Below are positions 53,983-64,000 of a stretch of DNA of 64,000 bases, one piece after another (within the stretch, counting starts at the first letter, position 1; the number at the start of each line of letters is the position of its first letter). A model generated the notes under the pieces. It was not told the DNA's origin and did not search any database. It worked only from the letters and a program-made list of their open reading frames with translations. Origin of the DNA: Octopus vulgaris (lineage: Eukaryota); the NCBI GenBank assembly GCA_951406725.2, contig OX597814.1, forward strand, positions 25,854,001 to 25,918,000, in the 5' to 3' direction. A program made the position numbers and the translations under genes.

Positions 53983-54160
53983 TATTTCTTTATTGCCCAC
54001 AAGGGGCTAAACATAGAGGGGACAGACAAGGACAGACAAAAGGATTAAGTCGATTACATCGACCCTAGTGCGAAACTGGTACTTTATTTATCGACCCCCA
54101 AAAGGATGAAAGGCAAAGTTGACCTCGGCGGAATTTGAACTCAGAACGTAACGATAGACG
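53983..54160 (-). mobile_element. 5'-truncated SINE family A, 19-bp TSD, inside an older opposite-strand family A copy
   Basis: TSD TTAGATTGAATACTATATA at 53964-53982 and 54161-54179; the older copy continues TTCTGAGTTAAAATCC..CGACTGTGCCTTTC to ~54270. Confidence 0.9.
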
Positions 54161-55719
54161 TTAGATTGAATACTATATAGTATTTGTTTTGACCCTCTGT
54201 CTCCTGAGATTCTGAGTTAAAATCCAACTAATTTCGACTGTGCCTTTCTTTTGAGATCGATAAAAAGTATCAGTCCTGGTCAGTAGTGGATTGGCAGAAC
54301 TGCTGAAAGGTCAGGTGAGATGGCTTGTTGTATTTGTTCCAGCTCTTTGTGTATTGATCGAGATGCCTGAAAGCCACTGGTGCCAAGTTATACTGACCCA
54401 AATCAGTGACCTTCCCCCTTGGGCCACATAAATGTGCAAATGCATGATCAACATTGATCACCAGAGATCCTACATGATACCTCAGCAACCAGTGTGCCAT
54501 AGTCATCAAGGGCCATCGACATCTTGCATTTGAGGAGTTTGGAACAATATTCTATAAGATGCCAATCTGCATCAGATGCAGCACATTTGCAGGTGTGTGG
54601 ACTAGAATAACAAGAAACGGTGTGCCTTTCTAAAGACACAATGCATTACTTAGTCTTGGTATCAAATCCACAACCCTAAACCAAGCAATCTAACCACTAG
54701 GCCATATATTTTTCCCATAGTGTATCTAAGACTATATTATCCAATATGTGCTTCTTTCCAACAGATGTTAGTGAGTCATAGAGAGCAGATTTTACTGCTA
54801 TTTCTTGCACTTATGAAGACCATGTAGATGCTTCCTCACTGACTTATGTAAAGCATAGTTAACTACAGATATGTTAGAGTCACACATATATGATACAATG
54901 AGTCAAACGTTTGATGAATCAAGATTATCCTGACAATTAGCAAACAAATACTCACTCTGGTGGGTATTTAAAATCTAAAAACATCAAGCAAAGAGGATAA
55001 CACCAATAAGGAAATATAATGTCATGTGAGAAAAATATCTAGTACTTTGAAGAGGTTTTTTTATTGTAGGTTATTTTCTAGCTTTTAGTCAGTAAGAAAA
55101 TCAGTGCCTATGAATAAAGGGACTCTGAGAGTGTTAAAAGGGAAGAAGGTAACCTTAAACCAGGGCTCTAGCCCAATTACTTGCAAACAGTGGAGTCAGA
55201 GCAAATACTGTAAGGTATTCTGACATCTAACAAATTTGCTAATTTGCCGCCTTCAACTACTAAATATTCAACATACTAAATTTCTGAAGTACTTAGTGGA
55301 TTTGACAGAGTACCTAACCGCTTGTTATGAAGAATAAGAATTTTGTCAACAGCAAGCAAATGAGAGAACATGTACAAAATCAGCTGACTTGCTAGAAATA
55401 GCTGTCAGATCTCATTCAACTATCTCTGTATTGTCTTAAATAAAGTAAAAATATATGAGATAATGAAGACCTACATATTCCTAAAAGACAGGATTGTAAC
55501 TGCTAAAGTGACTGTGATCATAGGTAAATAAATAGAAGTTTGCATGATCATATCTACAGAATAATTAGGAAAGAAATATGAATAAATAACCTGATGATTA
55601 ATTATTCATTATATTAAATTTGGTTACTATTTCTAGCATGTTGAATAACTATATAGAACTTCACCATCACATTATTTTCACCAGATTTTCAAACCCAATA
55701 AATAAAGCTTAATTAAGAT

Positions 55720-56020
55720 CAAATTTTTTTCAAAATGTGTGTCTTTATTAATACTTGTATGTCTTTCTAACTCATCTTGTTGAACTATTTTGTAATTTGA
55801 AGAGTGGCATGTCAACATTTTTCACACCATCCACCTGCTTCTTGTTTGCACTCTTTGCAAACTTAATTTGCACTTTGATAGAAAGAGTAAATCTAATAAG
55901 CATTTTCTTTTCAAACATAATGAATTAAACTAATGAAATAATCTTTTGAACTTCTAACCTTATCTTTCCATTGGGAAAGGGAAGGCTCTTCACTTTTTTC
56001 TTGTTAACAGCCATTTTGAA
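55720..56020 (-). pseudogene. Possible piggyBac-type transposase C-terminal cysteine-rich remnant
   Basis: Minus strand VCKECKQEAGGWCEKC, then DMPL in a shifted frame, followed by AATAAA. Confidence 0.3.
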
Positions 56021-56989
56021 CAGTTTAGTTGCCTTTCATCCTTATAGTATCCAAATGAAATTTAAATATTACACTTGTTCTTTTTTACAAGAGTTTTCAT
56101 AGTTTTGAAGGCAAACATTTTGTTGACAGAAAAGAATAAACAATAGCTTATGACATGTTGCTAACAACTTTATCTAATCTTTATGAATAGCCTAGTTAGA
56201 AATCAGGTAAGTCAGTATAAGAGGATTTCTCTAAATCCTCTGCTTGTTGAAGAGAAACACTTATCCAAAACTGGACAACGGAAGCTACTGGATTATGCAC
56301 CAGTAATATATCTGCAGGTTTACTGAAAAGTTTGAACCAATATTTTGTAGACCATCCACATAAAGGTTTCTAATGAGTGATAATTAGTGGCACAGCACAA
56401 AATAAAATGGAGCAAGAAGCAGTATATTGAGAAATTATGGTATATACAAAGTGGAATCATTATCCTAATACTTATAATTAAAAGAAAGACATTAAAGATA
56501 CTTAAGGGGCAAGAGTTAATTTTAAAATAACTGCAGTCTTAAACCTACCACTCAAATATCCCAGACTGCATCAAAAACACTTACTCTTTAGCCAATTAAC
56601 AAATATACAACAAATGTGTCATAGTATTTGACCATCTAGAAATAGGATCTGAATCTCCTCTTAAATTGCACCTTATTGTCTTTCATAAAGGAAAGATGTA
56701 TTGAATAATAAATTCTTGATAAACTATTTCTAAAAATACATTTAAATGATAGAACCTAGAATACCCCAGAATGGCACTAAATAATGAGAACTGTCTTATA
56801 GACACACAGTTTTTTCTATCTATTATAACAAAGGCCTCTATTCCTATGATTTAGCAAGCTGCTTAGCACTTACATTTTAGCAACAATAGTAGAATTTATT
56901 ATTTAGTTCTTCGCTTCTTATCACTTTCACTATATTTGTCTTGAAAGTCATAACATGCCACCAGAAAATAACATCACTAGGTGAGACAA

Positions 56990-57400
56990 GCTGACACTGA
57001 ATCAACTTCACTGATTGACAGGTGATGGTATCCTTTAGAGAATGCATGGGCTGAGACTACGTGCCTTCATTGGTCAGTTAAAGTTGAGACAGTGTCACGT
57101 GACAACTTGCTGGGGCTTTCTGCTGGAGCCTAGCAGCAGGTATTTAAAGGGAAATTTCACAAGACAGTCAATCGCCTGCTGACACTCATTGACGCTACAT
57201 CAAAGAGGCCAGGGAACAGAAGAAAGAAGACATGCACCCAATACCAGAGCTGAAGACACCTCCGAAAGGGGGGTGACCCGCCACGTCAAAATGGTAGAGG
57301 AGTAGGGGCTGAAACCGGACACGGTTCCTTCTGATGATGTCTTGAGCTAACTGGATCCTATACAGGAGCTGTTGTGGTAGCAGACCATGAAACACAGTTG
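56990..57400 (+). mobile_element. GC-richer block, probable Penelope-like terminal repeat
   Basis: ATTGG, GTCACGTGAC and TATTTAAA followed by CTGAAGA..GAAACCGGAC and CTGATGA..GAAAC cores. Confidence 0.4.
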
Positions 57401-58209
57401 AAATTCCTATATCTTAATGAAACTCTAATCCTATTGAATTTCTTTGCAGCTTATAATTTTCCCTACATGTGTTATTACACAAGAGCTCAATCTGAACATC
57501 AATTACATCAATCTTATTAGTCCATGAAGTCTCATAAAGTTTGTGGTAGTTACCTCTTCTTTTTCAGCTTACTCATAAAATTCCTTAATATATCCTACTT
57601 TAGATCAGATTTTCCAATTGTCTTAGTCAACAGTCATCATGTGGATTGGGCTGCATGTGATGATTGATGTGCTTATTCCTTTGCAATACATATCAATTAC
57701 ATAATACTTAGGAGTGATGCAACTCTTATTTTGATCATTGCATGAGAATATACATACATAAATGACACATGATAAGAAATGGAAACTAAAATGCTTGAAA
57801 TGTGTTTAAGAAAACAACAGTTAGAAGATTGAAAAGGGAGTTAAGAGAGGATATATTTCAGTTTAAAAACTCTTCCATCAATGCTAATATAAACATATCT
57901 CAAAAATTCAACCAAATAATGGTGAATCAATGCATGTAATTTTAAGTCAAAAAGAATATCAAATAACAGATTGATGTATTATTTCTGAAGAAATTAATTT
58001 GTTAAAAGAAGTCTTTTATTAATTAGAAAATCATGATTGATACCTATGTCAGATTTGATTTATCTAATGATAATATGATTTCAATTACATAAAATTATCT
58101 CATCACATCTAAAGGAGGAGGTTTAGGGAAGACACTGGGAAAATTGAAGAAGTTCAGTGGACCTTAAAATAGGTTCTCATTTTGTTTAGCAAGAATATAT
58201 TGTCTATGT

Positions 58210-58398
58210 CGGTGGTACGTAAAAAAACACCCACTACACTCATGGAGTGGTTGGCGTTAGGAAGGGCATCCAGCTGTAGAAACACTGCCAGATCAGACTG
58301 AAGCCTGGTGCAGCCTTCAGGCTTACCAGACCCTGGTCGAACCGTCCAACCCATGCTAGCATGGAAAACGGACTTTAAACGATGATGGTGATGATGAT
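58210..58398 (+). mobile_element. RTE 3' UTR fragment, well preserved
   Basis: ACCCACTACACTC..GGTTGGCGTTAGGAAGGGCATCCAGCTGTAG..AAACGATGATG. Confidence 0.85.
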
Positions 58399-58431
58399 AT
58401 TATATTTTCTATTTAAAATTTACTCATATCA

Positions 58432-58640
58432 GGGCAGTGGATTGGCAAAATCATTATAGAACTATTTTATTAATAGAATACTTTGCAGAATTTAGTTATG
58501 TGTCTTTACATTCTGTATTCAAACTCTACTGAGGTTGACTTCATCTTTTCTCCTTTCTAGGGTGTTAAAATAAAGTACCAGTTAAGTTTGTCAACTTTTG
58601 CTTTTTCTAAAGATTTCTATTCTTGTGCTTATATCAAAGA
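58432..58640 (+). mobile_element. Degenerate SINE family A
   Basis: ATTCTGTATTCAAACTCTACTGAGGTTGACTT..AAATAAAGTACCAG. Confidence 0.6.
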
Positions 58641-59160
58641 TCAATATTTAATATTGTAACAAATAGTTATTTGTTTTAACTTAAATAGTATTTGTTTTGC
58701 CTTAAATCGTATGCTAAAAGGATTATTTAAGCATCTTCCTACATGCATTAGTTTCCTCTATTCACATTTGTACATATATAGTCAAGCCTTGATATGTCTC
58801 CTTATTTTGTGATATTTTACATGATATTATTGACACACAAACATATATTATATGACACCATCTGTGTGTTTATATTTTCTTTTTTCTATTTTTTTGGGTC
58901 AAAATAATGATGTGAAATATACTGATATTTGCATTTTATATCATGGGAAAGAGAAAATAAAGAAAACCTTGTTCTGATCTCACTTGTAGATTCTTATACA
59001 GTAACATATTTTTTGTGGCAACACTAGAATAATTTCTTTTGTTTGATTATGAATATCTCAGAATAGGGGTTTTTTTCTTATCAACAGCCACCATTTATTC
59101 TGAAAGATTCAGAGGTGTATATTATGAATACATACATCATACAAAAAATAAAATAAAATA

Positions 59161-59219
<59 letters not shown>

Positions 59220-60035
59220 ATAAAATTGTTTTTCAATAGAATTAATCAGCTGCAATTTCTAAAATGAATCTTATGCAATATTGATACAGCAAAACTATTA
59301 TTTGATAGAACTGTTATCGTTTTTCCTTATTTTTTTTTTAAAAAAGAAACATTATTTCATGTTTTGTTTGCCAACTTACTGCAATGTATATATATATATA
59401 TATATGAAAAATTAGAAGATAAAAAATATATAGATAAAACAGAAAGTATAAATTAAATATATCAGTAACAATATGCCTTAATTGAATTGATCAAGATATT
59501 TATTTTTCATGGGTTTCAAAACTTTTGAGAATAAACTTTTGTACTTTTGTCCTTTGGTTTATACATTTTTATCACATACTTTTAAGGTATAAATCATCAC
59601 AATAAATAAACTTTCACATATAACTAGACTAGTTTTCTCCTTTACAATATATATTTTATCCCTATCAAAGTTATCGATAAAACTGCTAAAAAAATACATA
59701 GCAGCAGAAAGATATTCTTCAAAAATAAATGTTGCAAAAAAATAACAAATAAAAAGAACCCTCTGCTTGGAAAGTAAGAAAAACTTTATCACAAAACACT
59801 TTTAAGTTATAACTACTTCAGTTTTTTTTGTTTTTTGGTTCACTGATTAGTTAGCCAATGACAAATACTGAAAGAAATTTGAAATTCAACAAGTACCTAA
59901 TAAGTATGTTTTCAAGACAAAAATTTTATTTTAATTTTTGTTATTACGACTTTTATTTAGAAGCTATTTAGACATTGTTCCACAGAGCTGACTGGTTTCA
60001 TACCTCAGAGTTTGATCGTCTTATATTCTGTATTA

Positions 60036-61309
60036 CGAGGGGCGTTCAATAAGTAATGCCCCTGACCCACTTCCTATAGGAGTAGAGCAACGAAACTTGG
60101 CACAGTTATTAGTCTTTTTCTACATAGGAACCACCCAGAGTTACGGATTTCTCTCATCGTTTGATGCAGCTCTGGACCGTTTTTGTAGAAGACCCCAGCT
60201 TGGTCCTCCAACCTGAACGCGACTTCAGAAATCAAGGCTGCATCATCTGGGAAACGCTTTCCTTTCAAAAACAACTTCATGACTGGGAAGAGGTAAAAAT
60301 CAGAGGTGCAAGGTCAGGAAAGTAGGGGGGATGAGGAGGAGTTCATAGCCATACGCCTGTGCTTCTGATCTGGCGACAAGCGAGTTGTGGACCGGAGCGT
60401 TGTCCTGCAAGAGGAGGATGCCTTTGCTGATCTTGCCCCGCCTCTTGATTTTGATAACTTCTCTTAATTTCCTCAAAAGTGAAGCATAATAGGCTCCTGT
60501 AATTGTGGTACCCTTTGCCAGGAAATCTGTCATCACTACTCCGTCCTGGTCCCAGAAGACTGTGAGCATGACCTTGCCAGCAGAGGGCTGCACCCTTGCC
60601 TTCTTTGGAGGGGGTAAGTCACGGTGCTTCCACTGCATTGACTGGGCTTTGGTCTCTGGATCATCGTGATGGACCCAGGTTTCATCTTGTGTAATCAGTC
60701 TTTTGAAAAATTTTGACTCATCTTCTTGGCACATCTCCAAATTCATCCTCGAGCACTCGACGCGTTCTTGCTTCTGGAAAGGCATGAGCAACCTGGGAAT
60801 CCATCTGGCAGACACCTTTTGCATATGCAAATGGTTATGAATGATAGTTTCCACAGACCCGGTACTAATCTTGACCTCATGGGCTATTTGGCGAATAATT
60901 ATGCGTCGATCTTCCAATATGGCAGCCTCAACTTGACGGACAGATGCCTCATCAATGGCAGATCTGGGAGCTGTTTCCACAGAGTTCCGACCATGTTTGA
61001 ATTCAGGATGCCAGCGTTTTACAAGGTCATATGATGGGGCATCATCACCATAATTTACTTTCATTTCATCAAAAGTCTCCCGTGGTGTGCGTCCTTTCAA
61101 ATGCAAAAACTGGATCACTGCTCGACACTCAACAGGCTCCATTTCACACTTGACTCAGTTCAAACACCTGTAAATCAGAAACCACAATTAATTCAGAGCT
61201 GTAATTTGTCACTTACTCTATAGAGATATAAATGATTGCACATGCAAAATTTCAGCTAGATCAAACAACTGCAAATGGGTCAGAGGCATTACTTATTGAA
61301 CGTCCCTCG
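60036..61309 (-). mobile_element. Full-length mariner transposon (1274 bp)
   Basis: TA|CGAGGGGCGTTCAATAAGTAATGCCCCTGACCCA and the reverse complement of TGGGTCAGAGGCATTACTTATTGAACGTCCCTCG|TA (34 bp, 2 mismatches); TA TSD. Confidence 0.97.
60109..61142 (-). pseudogene. Mariner DD34D transposase, disrupted
   Basis: WIPRLL, ITQDETWVH, LLQDNAPVH, reconstructed PHPPYFPDLAPSD (34 aa between the second and third Asp); frameshifts near 60335, 60305 and 60175; premature TGA near 60155. Confidence 0.93.
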
Positions 61310-64000
61310 TATAATTACATTTGTTCTACTCTTATACCTTCACCACTCAAGCAACCTCAATCTACTTTCACTTCACTTATCATCACCTTGTTGTTTCCAG
61401 CCCCACCCCCTGTGACCCTGCACTGATCACTATTCATTGTCCTTACTTCCTAGAATATTATCTCTCTGGAATCTTCTCTCTCTTCATATCTTTCTTGTAT
61501 GTGCCTTTCTTGCAACTGTTTAAACAGAACATTAAAGGCACCAAGCTCATTGGTCTAGAAGTTCTTGCAAAGGTCATGGGTACAATCCCTTTCCTCCTGA
61601 CTACCAAGTAAAAGAAAGAAACACAGCTTGAAAGAAAAGAAGAATTAATAATTATTCCATAAGTTACATAAGGTAATCTACTATACTCAAGGGCAGGATT
61701 TATTTATCTAATTCAAACTGGATTTCACTGCCACTAATTCCTGCTTCTATAGTCCTGGATATTCCCTTCCATTTCTGTTTATTTTCTAATAATGAAGGTA
61801 AATAGTGATACTGACTACATTGTGTTTGTTATTATATTTCATTCTATTCTTTCATGAGCTACACTTTCTCTCACAGACATATGTGTGTATGTGTGTATGC
61901 ATATACGTATATATGTTATGTATATATAAATATTTATATGTATATATGTTAAGTATATATAAATATATATGTGTATATGTAATGTGTATATATATATACA
62001 TATATATATATTTATGTGTGTGTGTGTGCGTGTTATATATAAATATGTATATGTATATATATTTTGTTGATTGTATAGTTGATTTGTATAGTTGCTAGAG
62101 CATTGGATGAAATGCTTTGTGGTATTTGTTCTATCTTTTTGCAAGCTGAGTTTAAATTCTGCTACTGTGATCAAAATTTCATTTCTTCCTTTGATGGCTG
62201 GAAAATAAAGCACTTGTCATGTATTACAGTTAATGTTTCTTCACTATCATCTTTTTGCTTTCTGTAATCATTACCTATTCTTCTATTTTCTTTCATTTAT
62301 AGGTGCCACTTTAGGCCCCTAGCCGTGCATGTTATAAGACAATCTTCACTAATGCTGGGTGCCACGAAAAAAGGACCCAAGTACATTCTGTAAAATGGTT
62401 GACATTACAAAGAGCATCGACCATAGAAGCCTACCGAACTATACAATGGAGTATGAGGCAAATTCGTACTCACAGAGTACCCCACAAAATTATATTAATT
62501 TTCTTTATTTACAATAATTCTTAAACTTTCTGCTTGAAGTCTTGCATCATTTTCTTCTTTTAACAGCATGCAGTTAAAGAGAAGAAAGTATTTAAATTAG
62601 TCATTACTCATTTTACCCCATTTTAGACATCAGTTTTTGAAAGTTGAAAATTACCAAATCAGACATTAGTGTGGGAAAACACATTTAGGATCCAACAGTG
62701 AAAAAGAATATTGTTTGTTAAACACCAAAAATTTGCTAGATATTTTATGTAACAAAAAACAGAAACTAGTCAGGTGATCTACAAACCAGCAAAGAATATT
62801 CTATGTTCATGCAACCAAATCTTACTCATATCCCATCTTACCATCATGAACAATGAAGAATACACTGAATAAAGTAGTATATATACATAAAGACTGAATA
62901 GTCTCTGTCAAAAATGGCTTTAATCGTAAGTCTGCTCAATCAGATTTGGTCTGGCACTAAACTTCAATAATTTTCTTCTGCCTCTGCTTCTCTCTCTCAC
63001 CTACATACTTACTTATTTGTGCACATGGCTACACTGTTGTATGAAAACATTCAACTACATGTAGAAGTAATTTTATGACACTGCCAACTACTTTTAGAAA
63101 TGTCTTCACTGTATCTGACTCAAGAACCTTCTGATGAAATTACACATTTAAAGGCCTCATTCACCTTTGATTCCTGAAATCAGATGACTCTACCCATAAT
63201 GTCCATCCGCGAAGATACCCCATGCCATATCTTACTCCTTTTTCAGTATGACTACTCCACATGCAATTCTGCCATTTTCTTCCCAATAACTTTTCACATA
63301 TTTGTAAAAGTGATCCATTACACAGCAAAATACCTGCAGAACAAGGGACCTTTACAGAGCTACTAGAAATAGCTTCCAAAACTTAAATTTTATCCTATAA
63401 CCTTAATAATCTCATTTCTTTATTAGCATTATTAGTAGCTTGGTTAGATTTTAAATTTATTGCCACAGTTAGCTAGTTTTTAAAAACTTTTGATGGTTAT
63501 GTGTGTTTGTTCAGTTTTGGTAAGAATGAGTTGTGATAATATTGACAACAATGGTTGTTGTTGTTGCTGCCACTGCTGTTGTTGTTGTTAATGATAATGT
63601 TTTATTCACAAGAGAGAAATCAAATTTAACTCCACTGAGAATAAAAGGAAATTCATATACAAGTGATATGAAAAAAGTTCTTTTCCTTGTTGGCTCTACC
63701 ATTTTTAGAATGGATCTAAGTCACTTTATCAAATATTGAAGCCAAAAGATTGAATTAGCCTTTTATCCTTCCATGATGGATAAAACAAATCCGTGCGGGG
63801 TTGATAAAATATGGGATCAGGGGTGAATAAGCTAAGTCCTATCTGACATGTTTAGTTTGTGAATTGATTCTAAGTGTTTCATCAAGTACTTCCATGTCAC
63901 ATATCTGCTTAGCATGAACTGGCATAAGCTATTTAAGAATAACTGCAACGACAGTAGCAGCAGCTATAACAATATCAGCAACAGTAAAAACATACAAAAG

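Noticed and set aside
60109-60340. Mariner frameshifts as mere sequencing errors (active element)
   Set aside because: An in-frame TGA and an apparent in-frame deletion also occur, indicating real decay
60726-61034. 102-aa plus-strand ORF
   Set aside because: Antisense to the mariner transposase

Overview
AT-rich, repeat-saturated eukaryotic DNA with no recognisable host protein-coding exon, rRNA, tRNA gene or CRISPR array. The repeat families and the very dense (TA)n/(CA)n/(TATG)n/(GAT)n microsatellites point to an octopus genome, intronic or intergenic (inference from family resemblance, no search run). Almost all ORFs in the supplied track are microsatellite artefacts. Real content: four mariner transposons, one full-length with TIRs and TA TSD at 60036-61309; two large RTE LINE copies whose RT carries an internal PHD-like zinc finger, plus many RTE 3' ends; an R4/Dong LINE fragment in a (TAA)n tract; a split CR1-like LINE; Penelope-like remnants with degenerate hammerhead-like motifs; several tRNA-derived SINE families, many with clear TSDs; MITEs, one carrying telomeric repeats; and four long palindromes. 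I found no convincing new multi-gene system. The best leads are RNA-structure and retroelement-mechanism signals.
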